The notes under the pieces are model-generated. The model did not search any database. It was not told where the DNA came from and saw nothing but the letters and a program-made list of their open reading frames with translations. From the NCBI GenBank assembly GCA_963711565.1, contig CAVQEQ010000004.1, forward strand, positions 512,001 to 576,000: a stretch of 64,000 nucleotides of DNA. Direction: 5' to 3'. Made by a program: the position numbers and the translations under genes. Below, piece after piece: positions 19,595-28,521 of this stretch. Each line of letters begins with the position of its first letter. The stretch's first letter is position 1. The DNA is from an uncultured delta proteobacterium. GTDB taxonomy: Bacteria; Desulfobacterota; Binatia; Binatales; Binataceae.

Positions 19595-20233
19595 ATGCGA
19601 ATTGCTTTCCTGATTTTCGACGACCTCACCACGCTCGATGCGATTGGACCGTTCGAAGTGCTGTGCCGAATCCCGGGCGCCGAGGTGATGTTCGTCGGCG
19701 AGACCGCGGGCATCAAGCGCGCCGATCCGAAATCGCTCGGCATCGTCGCCGACTATTCGATCGCCGACGTGACCACCGCCGACATCCTGCTGGTGCCGGG
19801 CGGACGGGGCGAGGCGAATGTGCGCGAGAAACCGCACATGCTCGAGTGGGTGCGCCAGATCGACAAGACCACGCAATGGACCACGTCGGTTTGCACGGGA
19901 TCGTTGGTGCTCGGCGCGGCGGGCCTGTTGAAGGGACGGCCCGCGACCACGCATTGGGCGCGACTCGAGAAGCTGCGCGAGTTCGGCGCCGATCCGCGCA
20001 GCGAGCGCGTCGTCGAGGACGGCAAGATCATCACTGCGGCCGGAGTATCCGCCGGCATCGACATGGCGCTGCATCTCGCGCGTCGCGTCGCAGGCGACAC
20101 GATTGCCCACGCGATCCAGGTCGGTATCGAATACGATCCGCAGCCGCCGTTCGACGGCACCGCGGGCCGCGCACCTGCGGACGTCATGGAAGTCCTGCGG
20201 CCCCGGTACCAACGGCCGTCCGCGTCGAATTGA
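19595..20233 (+). CDS. DJ-1/PfpI family protein (isonitrile hydratase-like)
   Basis: LDAIGP, SVCTGS catalytic Cys, AGVSAGID, IEYDPQPPFD. Confidence 0.9.
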   Translation: MRIAFLIFDDLTTLDAIGPFEVLCRIPGAEVMFVGETAGIKRADPKSLGIVADYSIADVTTADILLVPGGRGEANVREKPHMLEWVRQIDKTTQWTTSVCTGSLVLGAAGLLKGRPATTHWARLEKLREFGADPRSERVVEDGKIITAAGVSAGIDMALHLARRVAGDTIAHAIQVGIEYDPQPPFDGTAGRAPADVMEVLRPRYQRPSASN

Positions 20234-20296
20234 GCATTCGAACTCAAGTCGGCGGTGGGACTATAAGTAGTTGCAACGCTACCGGAGGCCACCGCC

Positions 20297-21247
20297 ATGA
20301 CCGATGAGTTCAAGGACCGGATCGACGTCCATTTCCATTATCTGAGCCCCGAATATCGCGAGAAAATGATCGATGCGGTTGGCGGTTGGGCCGACGGGTT
20401 TCCCGCACCGCAATGGAGCGTCGAGGCGACGCTCGCGATGATGGATCGGATGAACATCGCGACCGGGATGCTGTCGGTGTCTTCTCCGGGAGTGCATTTC
20501 GGCAACGATAAGAACGCCCGCTTGCTGGCGCGATCCGTCAACGAGTTCGCCGCGCGCATGATTGGCGAGCATCGCGGGCGCTTTGGCGGCTTCGCGAGCC
20601 TGCCGCTTCCGGACGTTGACGGTGCGCTGAACGAGATTGCCTATGCGCTCGATACGCTCAAGCTCGACGGCGTAGTCATGCTGACGAACTTCAACGGCGT
20701 GTACCTCGGCGACAAGCGGCTGGATCCGGTCTTCGACGAGCTCAACCGCCGCGGCGCGGTGGTCTTCATTCATCCAACGTCGCCGACATGCTGGCAGCAG
20801 AGCGCGCTCGGATATCCGCGGCCGATGATCGAGTTCACCTTCGACAGCACGCGAGCGGTGGTCAACCTGATATTCAGCGGCACGACGGCGCGATGTCCGA
20901 AACTCCGGATCATCGTGCCTCACGCGGGCGGCACTATTCCGTTCCTGGCGCGGCGAATCGGAATGTTCGGCAGCGGTCTGGCCGGCGGTACTCCGGTGCC
21001 CGTGGAAGAGCATCTGCGCCGGCTCTATTACGATCTTGCGGGCTCACCGGGCTCGAACGCGCTCGCGCCGCTACTCGAGATGACGGAACGCTCGCATATC
21101 CTCTACGGCAGCGACTACGTACACACGCCCGAGGCGATCGTGTCGGCGCATCTGGCGGAATTGCTGAGCAGCAAGTTGTTGTCGCTGGAAGACTTCCGCG
21201 CAATCGGACGCGGCAACGCGCTCGCGCTATTTCCGCAGCTCAGTTGA
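20297..21247 (+). CDS. amidohydrolase_2 family (ACMSD/aromatic decarboxylase-like)
   Basis: IDVHFH, VFIHP, PHAGG, YGSDY. Confidence 0.88.
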   Translation: MTDEFKDRIDVHFHYLSPEYREKMIDAVGGWADGFPAPQWSVEATLAMMDRMNIATGMLSVSSPGVHFGNDKNARLLARSVNEFAARMIGEHRGRFGGFASLPLPDVDGALNEIAYALDTLKLDGVVMLTNFNGVYLGDKRLDPVFDELNRRGAVVFIHPTSPTCWQQSALGYPRPMIEFTFDSTRAVVNLIFSGTTARCPKLRIIVPHAGGTIPFLARRIGMFGSGLAGGTPVPVEEHLRRLYYDLAGSPGSNALAPLLEMTERSHILYGSDYVHTPEAIVSAHLAELLSSKLLSLEDFRAIGRGNALALFPQLS

Positions 21248-21312
21248 ATGTGAAACCCGCCTGGGTTTCACGCTTCCTTGGGCAGGGGTGACCCCTGCAC
21301 CCAGTGTTAAGA
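21247..21312. repeat. family A composite repeat
   Basis: GTGAAACCCGCCTGGGTTTCAC-GCTTCCTTG-GGCAGGGGTGACCCCTGCACCCAG between convergent genes. Confidence 0.85.
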
Positions 21313-21315
21313 CAT

Positions 21316-22269
21316 CTAAAGCGGGAAGCGTTCGTTGACCATCTGTTCACTCTTGCGCCACAGGTCGTTCGCGTGGGCCAGGTTCAAAGCGTATGAGCGG
21401 ACGCCGACGCGCGAGGTCGCGTCGTCATTCACCTCGCATACGTGACAGTCTTCGCAATAGCGCCCGCCAACCGCGTCGGCCGGTGCGACAAATCCGCTCC
21501 AAACCGAAGTCGCCGAGCCTTGCGGGACACTCTTGAAACGAAACGCCGGCGCCTGACCCGGCTTTGCCCCGCGGTTTATGCGGGCCATCATCTGCTCGAC
21601 GAGTTCCGGCGTCATATGGCGCCCGAGCTCAGTCTGGATTCCGCCGGGATGGAGTGAGGTCGCGCGCACGCCGCGACCCTTGAGCCGGCTGTCGAGTGCG
21701 ACCGCGTACAGAATATTTGCGGTCTTCGATCGGCCGTACGCGGTGAATGCCTGATAAGGAGTCCGCTCGAAATTCGGATCCTCGATATCAACGTCGCTGA
21801 TCTGATGACCCGCCGAAGAGAGCGTGACAACTCGCGCGCTGGACTTCAGCAGCGGCACGAGCCGGTTGACGAACACGAAATGTCCCAGGTGATTGGTTCC
21901 GAATTGCGTTTCGAAGCCGTCCTGGGTCTTGCCTTGCGGACACGCCATCACACCGGCGTTAGCGATGATCACGTCGAAAGGTTTGGCGCGCTTCAACAGA
22001 TCCTCCGCCGCCTTGCGCACGCTGGCTAGCGACGCGAGATCCATTTCGACCAGCTCAACCGATGGATTCCCCGCTGCCGCGAGCGCCCGCCGAGCTTTCT
22101 CCAGATCGCGCGCCGTGCCGACGACAGTGGCGCCGTGCGCGACGAGCGAGCGGGCGGTCTCGACGCCGAGGCCGGCCGAGACGCCGGTTACGAGTACCCG
22201 CTTGCCCGTAAGATTGACGCCTTCGAGTACTTCGTCGGCCGTCGATTCCGATCCAAAAGTCTTAGCCAT
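21316..22269 (-). CDS. short-chain dehydrogenase/reductase (WWOX/retinol-DH-like)
   Basis: TGVSAGLG, NAGVM, NHLGHF, YGRSK. Confidence 0.92.
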   Translation of the reverse strand: MAKTFGSESTADEVLEGVNLTGKRVLVTGVSAGLGVETARSLVAHGATVVGTARDLEKARRALAAAGNPSVELVEMDLASLASVRKAAEDLLKRAKPFDVIIANAGVMACPQGKTQDGFETQFGTNHLGHFVFVNRLVPLLKSSARVVTLSSAGHQISDVDIEDPNFERTPYQAFTAYGRSKTANILYAVALDSRLKGRGVRATSLHPGGIQTELGRHMTPELVEQMMARINRGAKPGQAPAFRFKSVPQGSATSVWSGFVAPADAVGGRYCEDCHVCEVNDDATSRVGVRSYALNLAHANDLWRKSEQMVNERFPL

Positions 22270-22565
22270 TGTGCTTCTCCCCAATCTCCAATTTTGTATA
22301 AGCCATCAGCGCCTTGCCGGAATCGAGCAGGATCATAACGCGCGGCATCCAAGTCCGCTCGCGGTTCAGGTTTCGCGAGAGCGACTCGCCGTAGTATGCG
22401 ACGAGCTCGCGCTGTTCGTCCGGCTTCGGCGCGGCGAAAGCTAACGCCAGATTCGCACCAAGTGGGAATCCAGGCAAGCCGACGACTTCCGTTCAAGTCG
22501 CCAGTTGCTTTGAACGATTGGCAACCAGGCTTGCGTCGGCCGCCGGAGCGTTCAGATCGGCTCTG

Positions 22566-22970
22566 TTAGTGCTTGTCGCCGCCGGCGGGACGAGCGTGCC
22601 CGTCGTGCACTTCATCACCCTTGAAGTTGGCGACCTGCTCGGGATGCTTTGCCGGCTCGGGTTTTTCACCAACCTTCGGAACTGGGCCTTTATAGCCGCG
22701 CTGAACATCGTAATGGGTATCTACGTGGCCCTGGAAGTGCGCAGGGCCGTGATACCAGGGGCCCGCGCCAACGAACACGCCACCTGAAAACCACTCCGGG
22801 CCGTAGTAGCCGTAAGGAGCACAACCATAAGGAGCATAGTCATAGTAACCGTAGGGGCACTCTGGCTCCGGGCCAATGTTTATGGTGACCTGAGCTTCTG
22901 CTTTGGGAGCGGCGAACGCTAAGCAGACTCCAGCTACAGCAAGGATCGCAAGAAGTTTTAATCTGTTCAT
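22566..22970 (-). CDS. secreted Tyr/Gly/Pro-rich protein
   Basis: Signal peptide ending AEA-Q; CPYGYYDYAPYGCAPYGYYGP motif recalled from Acidobacteria hypothetical proteins. Confidence 0.65.
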   Translation of the reverse strand: MNRLKLLAILAVAGVCLAFAAPKAEAQVTINIGPEPECPYGYYDYAPYGCAPYGYYGPEWFSGGVFVGAGPWYHGPAHFQGHVDTHYDVQRGYKGPVPKVGEKPEPAKHPEQVANFKGDEVHDGHARPAGGDKH

Positions 22971-23197
22971 AGGTACCCTTAATTGCATCAGTGCGGGAGT
23001 TGTTATCACTTGATTATCATAAGTCGGGTCGATGCGCGGGACAAAAGTGACTCGATTTCAAAAATATAGTAGAGGGCGTTCCGTAGGAGACCGGCGGACC
23101 GCTAGCGGCGGCTGAATGGTCGGTTAAATGAGCAGAGGATGCTTTTTGCCTAATTGGTAGATTGTTTCTGATCTCGGAGAAAGGTGCGCAAAGCGGA

Positions 23198-23752
23198 ATG
23201 CCTCGTCCTCTACACGTCTCTTTTGTCGCCGGCGCTTCGGGTCCGTGGCGCATTGACGGAATTACGCCAGTGACCGGAGCCAGCCTTCCGCCGGCTGAGA
23301 GGCTGCGGGTCGTGGAAAGTTTCGAGACGCCGGCCTCCATCGGCGGGATTTGGACTCTGCGAGGCGTCACGAGCAACGTCCGCTACACCAACGAGCATGA
23401 GCTCGACGCCCTGGTTGAACGTCAGCAAGGACTCGGGCGTGCGAACGCTACGCGGGCGGCGCTCATCCCGATACGCAAAACAGAGGCATGGTGGGCGCTC
23501 GCTCAAGATCAGCGGCGAACCATTCTCGAAGAGCAATCGCGCCACATCGGTATTGGCCTGGAATATCTGCCGGCGGTCGCCAGACGGTTGCATCACAGTC
23601 GCGAACTCGATGAGCCGTTTGATTTCCTCACCTGGTTCGAATACGCGCCGGAGCACAGCACGGCTTTCGAAGAGTTGGTGCGCCGGCTACGCGAGACGAG
23701 CGAATGGAAATATGTCGACCGCGAAGTTGATATTCGTTTGAGCCGTCAATAA
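23198..23752 (+). CDS. cld: clade II (short, dimeric) chlorite dismutase
   Basis: GLGR..ATRAALIPIRK, WW..QD.RR, SRHI, ARRLHH, EPFDFLTWFEYAPEH, EW.YV.REVDIRL match Nitrobacter-type Cld. Confidence 0.88.
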   Translation: MPRPLHVSFVAGASGPWRIDGITPVTGASLPPAERLRVVESFETPASIGGIWTLRGVTSNVRYTNEHELDALVERQQGLGRANATRAALIPIRKTEAWWALAQDQRRTILEEQSRHIGIGLEYLPAVARRLHHSRELDEPFDFLTWFEYAPEHSTAFEELVRRLRETSEWKYVDREVDIRLSRQ

Positions 23753-23772
23753 GGACCGGCGTCCCTTCGGGG

Positions 23773-25416
23773 TCAAACAGTTTTGCCTTTGCGCGAATCT
23801 TCCCGTTTGCGGAGTTCGACGCGGCGGATTTTTCCGCTGACGGTCTTGGGCAGCTCGTCGATGAATTCGATCTCGCGCGGATATTTGTAGGGAGCAGTTA
23901 CTCGCTTGCAATGCTCTTGCAGTTCGGTGATCAGGCGTTCGTTCGGTTCGGCGCCCGGGCGGAGTTTTATGAAAGCCTTTACGATCGCGCCGCGATCTGC
24001 GTCGGGCGATGCTACTACTGCCGATTCCATCACGGCGGGATGTTCGAGCAGGGCGCTTTCCACTTCGAATGGACCGATTCGGTAACCGGCGGAAATTATC
24101 ACGTCGTCAGCGCGGCCCACGAACCATAGGTAGCCGTCGGCGTCGCGAGTGGCCTGGTCGCCGGTTAGATACCAATCGCCACGAAACACGCCGGCGGTCT
24201 CTTCGGCGTTTTTCCAATACTCCAGAAAGAGCGACGGCGGCCGCTCGGGAGTCACGCGCACCGCGATTTCGCCAAGTTCGTCGATGCCGGTTTCGGCGAG
24301 ATCGTTGTTGATGACGCGGACATCGTGGCCGGGAAATGGGACACCCATCGAGCCCGGCTTCACCTGCATTCCAGGCATGTTGGCGGCGAGGATCGTCGTC
24401 TCGGTCTGGCCGTAGCCGTCGTGAATCGTGAGGCCGAGCTGCTCGCGCCAGACTTCGATCACTTCCGGATTCAGCGGCTCTCCCGCTCCGGTGCAATGTC
24501 TCAGGTTGGGGAATGAGTAGTCAGTGAGATTCTGCTTAATGAGTATTCGATACTCAGTCGGCGGCGCGCAGAAAGTAGTAATCCGGTAGCGCGCGAGCAA
24601 GTCGAGTTCTTTGGCGGCGTCGAAGCGGCCGTTGTACATGAAGGTCGTCACCCCGTTCATCCACGGCCCGAACAGCACGCCGTACGCGGCCTTGGCCCAT
24701 CCGGTGTCCGAGGTCGTCCAATGGATATCGCCCGGCCGCAAGTCCAGCCAGTTGAGGCCCGTGAATTTGTGACTGTAGGTATAGCCGTGACTATGCAGCA
24801 CCGCTTTCGGCTCGCGCGTCGTGCCGGAAGTGTAATAGCAAATCGCCGGCTCCGACGACTTCGTGTTCGCGGGCTTGAACGCGGGCGACGAGTGACCCAT
24901 GTATTCCTGCAAGCTGATCCATCCAGTGCGGGCTGCGGCGGTAATGAGATAGTGCTCGAGGCCGGGGCATTCCTTGCGCAGGTCGGCGACCATCGTGGCG
25001 TTCTCGACGCCGGCGATTATCGCGCGCGCGCCGGAATGGTTCGCGCGATAGATCAAGTCCTTCTCGCGCAGCATCGAGGTGCACGGAATGACGATCGCGC
25101 CGAGCCGGAGCGCGCCGATATACGCGGCCTGCCACAGCGTGATTCGCGGCAGCACCAGCATGACGGCGTCGCCGCGCTTGATGCCGTGGCCGGCGAGCAC
25201 GTTGGCGATACGCTTCGATTGCGCGGCGATGTCGGCGAAGGTCAGGCGCGCGCGCTTGCCCTCGCTGTCTTCCCACAGAATGGCGACACGGCGAGGATCT
25301 TCGGCGAACTGGTCGATGACGGCGGCGAAGTTGAAATGCTCCGGCGTCTCCCAGCGGAAGTCGCGATACGCACGCCGATACGCCTCGGCGGCGTCAGGTT
25401 TTACCGAATCGCTCAT
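23773..25416 (-). CDS. acyl-CoA synthetase (AMP-forming, medium-chain type)
   Basis: YTSGTT, GYGQTE, GRADDVI, PKTVSGK; ATGA overlap with upstream gene. Confidence 0.93.
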   Translation of the reverse strand: MSDSVKPDAAEAYRRAYRDFRWETPEHFNFAAVIDQFAEDPRRVAILWEDSEGKRARLTFADIAAQSKRIANVLAGHGIKRGDAVMLVLPRITLWQAAYIGALRLGAIVIPCTSMLREKDLIYRANHSGARAIIAGVENATMVADLRKECPGLEHYLITAAARTGWISLQEYMGHSSPAFKPANTKSSEPAICYYTSGTTREPKAVLHSHGYTYSHKFTGLNWLDLRPGDIHWTTSDTGWAKAAYGVLFGPWMNGVTTFMYNGRFDAAKELDLLARYRITTFCAPPTEYRILIKQNLTDYSFPNLRHCTGAGEPLNPEVIEVWREQLGLTIHDGYGQTETTILAANMPGMQVKPGSMGVPFPGHDVRVINNDLAETGIDELGEIAVRVTPERPPSLFLEYWKNAEETAGVFRGDWYLTGDQATRDADGYLWFVGRADDVIISAGYRIGPFEVESALLEHPAVMESAVVASPDADRGAIVKAFIKLRPGAEPNERLITELQEHCKRVTAPYKYPREIEFIDELPKTVSGKIRRVELRKREDSRKGKTV

Positions 25417-27107
25417 CCGCGCGAATTCCCGCGCGCCGCGTGCTCGGCCGGTGCTTGCGAGCGCTTGGCCGCGGCCTTGATGTACTTCACCGTGACGGGC
25501 GAGAGGTCGTCGTGTTCGACGCGCACGTCGATAATCGCGAACGACTTGCAGTCGTGCGCCGCGCGGAGTGCGTCGCGCAACTGCTCGACGGTGGTCGCCT
25601 CGAATCCTTCGCCGCCCCAATCGCGCGCGAGTTGCGCGTACGGCCACGGCGGAATGTCGAGCAGGTCGGGCCGCTCGGCAATCGGCCGGAAGATGCCCCA
25701 TCCGCCGTTATTGATCACCACCACGATTGGGTTCACGCCCTTGGCCGGCGCCTGCGAAATCTCCGGACCGGTCATCTGAAAACCGCCATCGCCGCACATC
25801 ACGAGCGGGCGCAGGCCGCTGCCGATTTGCGCGCCGAGCGCGGCCGGCACCGCAAAGCCCATCGAGGCGTAAAATCCCTGCGCGAAATAGGCGTTGTTGT
25901 GCGGCACGCGAATGTCGAGGCCGCCGAACAGCATGTCGCCCGACTCGGCGACTACCACGTACTCGCGTTTGTCGGCCAGGAATTCGTTGACGGTGGACAA
26001 TATCTGCGCGACCTTGACCGGCTTGCCGTCGCGCGCGGCAATCTCGCGCAGATTGTCGGCGTAAACAACTTTCTCATGATGCCGCCGCAGTTTCTCGCGC
26101 AGCAGAGCCCGCGCGAAATCGCGCACGCCAACGTCGGTGTAGGTGTGATACTTCACTTCGACCTTGCGATCGACGGCCCACACCGTCCTGCCCTGGATGA
26201 CGTGCGGCGGACGGTTGCCGAAGTTCATGTCGGTTTTCAGGCATCCGAGGTTGAGCACGAAGTCGGCGGCGTCCATCCGCGCTACTATCGACGGCGGGCT
26301 GATCGGGCCGACGTGGACGCCCATGTACAGCGGATGGTCCATCGGGAACGCGCCCTTGCCGAGCACGGTGGTGAACACCGGCGCGCCCATTTTTTCGGCC
26401 AGCTCGACGAGATCGTGCGACGCCTTGAAGCGGTGGATCTCGATGCCGGCGATGAGCACGGGCTTGCGCGCCTCGTTGAACATCGCGGCGGCCTCGTGCG
26501 CGGCTTCCTCGACCTTGCGCGCGTCGGATTCCTGGAAGTGCAGCTCGCCGTCCCATTCGATGAGATGCTCGGGGACCTCGATTTTCCGATCGACCATGTC
26601 GCGATGGATCTCGACGTAGCCGGGCCGCTGCTCGGCCCAGATTTGTTTCACGACGCGATGCAATTCATCGGCGGCGGTGCGCGGGTCGGTCAGCACGGCG
26701 GACGCGCAAGTGACTTCATTGTAGATGCGGCGCTGCGATTCGATCTCGCGCGCCTGGTGATGAATGAGAGTGCCGAGCTTGCGCTCCTCCTCGCCCGGGC
26801 CGCCGGAAAAAATCAGAATCGGCACACGTTCCGAGAACGAGCCCGCGACGGGATTAACCATGTTGTGGCCGCCGGCGCCGTAGGTGACGCAGATGACGCC
26901 GATTTTGCCGGTCGCGCGCGCGTAACCGTCGGCGGCGAAGCCGACGCCCGGCTCGTGCGACAGCGTGATGATTTTCATCCCGTGCTTGCGGCCCAGCGCG
27001 AAAAACAGCTTGAGCGCGAGGTCGCCGGGGATGCCAAAGACGTGCGACACGCCAATCTTGCGCAGGTAGGCGACCAGGAAATCGCCCAGCGCCATGTGCC
27101 TCTTCAC
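25413..27107 (-). CDS. ThDP-dependent 2-oxoacid decarboxylase (indole/phenylpyruvate decarboxylase-like)
   Basis: GIPGD, SHEPG.GFAAD, TYGAG, IHHQ, GDGGFQMTG..NN; start GTG 27107 or ATG 27095. Confidence 0.85.
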   Translation of the reverse strand: MKRHMALGDFLVAYLRKIGVSHVFGIPGDLALKLFFALGRKHGMKIITLSHEPGVGFAADGYARATGKIGVICVTYGAGGHNMVNPVAGSFSERVPILIFSGGPGEEERKLGTLIHHQAREIESQRRIYNEVTCASAVLTDPRTAADELHRVVKQIWAEQRPGYVEIHRDMVDRKIEVPEHLIEWDGELHFQESDARKVEEAAHEAAAMFNEARKPVLIAGIEIHRFKASHDLVELAEKMGAPVFTTVLGKGAFPMDHPLYMGVHVGPISPPSIVARMDAADFVLNLGCLKTDMNFGNRPPHVIQGRTVWAVDRKVEVKYHTYTDVGVRDFARALLREKLRRHHEKVVYADNLREIAARDGKPVKVAQILSTVNEFLADKREYVVVAESGDMLFGGLDIRVPHNNAYFAQGFYASMGFAVPAALGAQIGSGLRPLVMCGDGGFQMTGPEISQAPAKGVNPIVVVINNGGWGIFRPIAERPDLLDIPPWPYAQLARDWGGEGFEATTVEQLRDALRAAHDCKSFAIIDVRVEHDDLSPVTVKYIKAAAKRSQAPAEHAARGNSRG

Positions 27108-27206
27108 TCCGCTCCGTCCTCCATCGATCCAAGCAAAGTCAGCTACTAATATACTTGACGAAGAGCCGGGCGACACGACCCGGTGGCGGCCGGATATATT
27201 GGATCA

Positions 27207-28127
27207 ATGAACTTACAGGCGCATCTGAAGGTCGCGCTGCTCCAGATGGTATCCGAGGGCGCGGCGATTGAGGCGAACGCGCGCAAGGGTGAAGAGTTCT
27301 GCAGGCGCGCGGCAGATCGGGGCGCCGATATCGCCCTGTTCCCCGAGATGTGGAGTGTGGGCTATGCGAAATATCCGTGGGGCGACGATCGCGCCCGCGC
27401 CGAATGGCTGAAGCTCGCGGTCCCGCGCGATGGGCCCTTCGTGGACAGGTTCCGGCGTCTCGCACGCGAATTACGAATCGCGATCGCAATCACGTATCTC
27501 GAAGCGGGGCCTGTGTTGCCGCGCGACGCGCTAACCCTTATCGACTCGGACGGTGCTGACGTTTTCACCTATGCGAAGGTGCACACCTGCGCATGGGACG
27601 CGCCGGAAGAATCATGCGCGCCCGGTGACGAGTTTTGCGTCGGCGACCTCCGCGCCGGCGCGGAGGTCGCGAAGGTTGGTGCGATGATTTGTTTCGACCG
27701 TGAGTTTCCGGAAAGCGCGCGGCTTCTGATGCTGAAGGGCGCCGAAGTCGTCCTGACGCCGAATCCGTGCGAGCTACAGGACGATGCGGCTGGTATCGGC
27801 GATATCCGAATCGCGCAATTCCGGTCACGCGCGTTCGAGAACGCAATCGGCGTTGCGATGGCGAACTATGCAGCGCCACAGTTGGACGGCCGCTCGGTCG
27901 CCTTCGACGTGGACGGATCGACGCTGGTGCAAGCGGGACCGGAGGAAGGCGTGTTTGTCGCGACATTCGATCTTGAACGGATTCGCCGATGGCGCAGCGA
28001 GGAGCGCCCTAACATCTGGCGTCGTCCCGAAGTCTACGGCGCTCTCGCCAATCGAGAAACGACCGATCCTCTCGGGAAAAGCCGCGCCGAAACGATAGCG
28101 GCGGAGATTAGCAGGCGTAATAGATAA
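27207..28127 (+). CDS. carbon-nitrogen hydrolase (nitrilase superfamily)
   Basis: E-K-C triad: FPEM, YAKVH, ICFD. Confidence 0.88.
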   Translation: MNLQAHLKVALLQMVSEGAAIEANARKGEEFCRRAADRGADIALFPEMWSVGYAKYPWGDDRARAEWLKLAVPRDGPFVDRFRRLARELRIAIAITYLEAGPVLPRDALTLIDSDGADVFTYAKVHTCAWDAPEESCAPGDEFCVGDLRAGAEVAKVGAMICFDREFPESARLLMLKGAEVVLTPNPCELQDDAAGIGDIRIAQFRSRAFENAIGVAMANYAAPQLDGRSVAFDVDGSTLVQAGPEEGVFVATFDLERIRRWRSEERPNIWRRPEVYGALANRETTDPLGKSRAETIAAEISRRNR

Positions 28128-28194
28128 TGATCCGAACAGCAGGACATCTTCGGCGCGAGGCTGTGTTAGAGTATGATGTTGACGGGTCAAGCTG

Positions 28195-28509
28195 ATGTTT
28201 TCGAAGATACTTCGCATGCAATTTCTCGGGCCGATGCAACTCAGCCGGCTCATGATGTATCTGCCGCAGTTCGTGCGCGTGTTCTATCGATTGATGAGGG
28301 ATGAGCGCGTACCGATGATTGCGAAACTGGTGCCCTGGATGGGCCTGGCTCTTATGATCACACCGCCGGCGCTTGAACTCGACATGATCCCGATCATCGG
28401 CGAACTCGACTGGATCGTCATCGGCTACCTCTCGCTCAAAGTGTTCATCTGGCTCTGCCCGCCCGACGTGGTGCGCGAACACGTCAGCCAAATCGGCCGT
28501 GGCGAATAG
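28195..28509 (+). CDS. YkvA/DUF1232 family membrane protein
   Basis: LMRDERVP..AK, DMIPIIGELD. Confidence 0.8.
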   Translation: MFSKILRMQFLGPMQLSRLMMYLPQFVRVFYRLMRDERVPMIAKLVPWMGLALMITPPALELDMIPIIGELDWIVIGYLSLKVFIWLCPPDVVREHVSQIGRGE

Positions 28510-28521
28510 CAAATCACGCTG

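Noticed and set aside
25417-25701. N-terminal extension of the acyl-CoA synthetase ORF
   Set aside because: Overlaps the upstream decarboxylase; the ATGA-coupled start at 25416 is better supported
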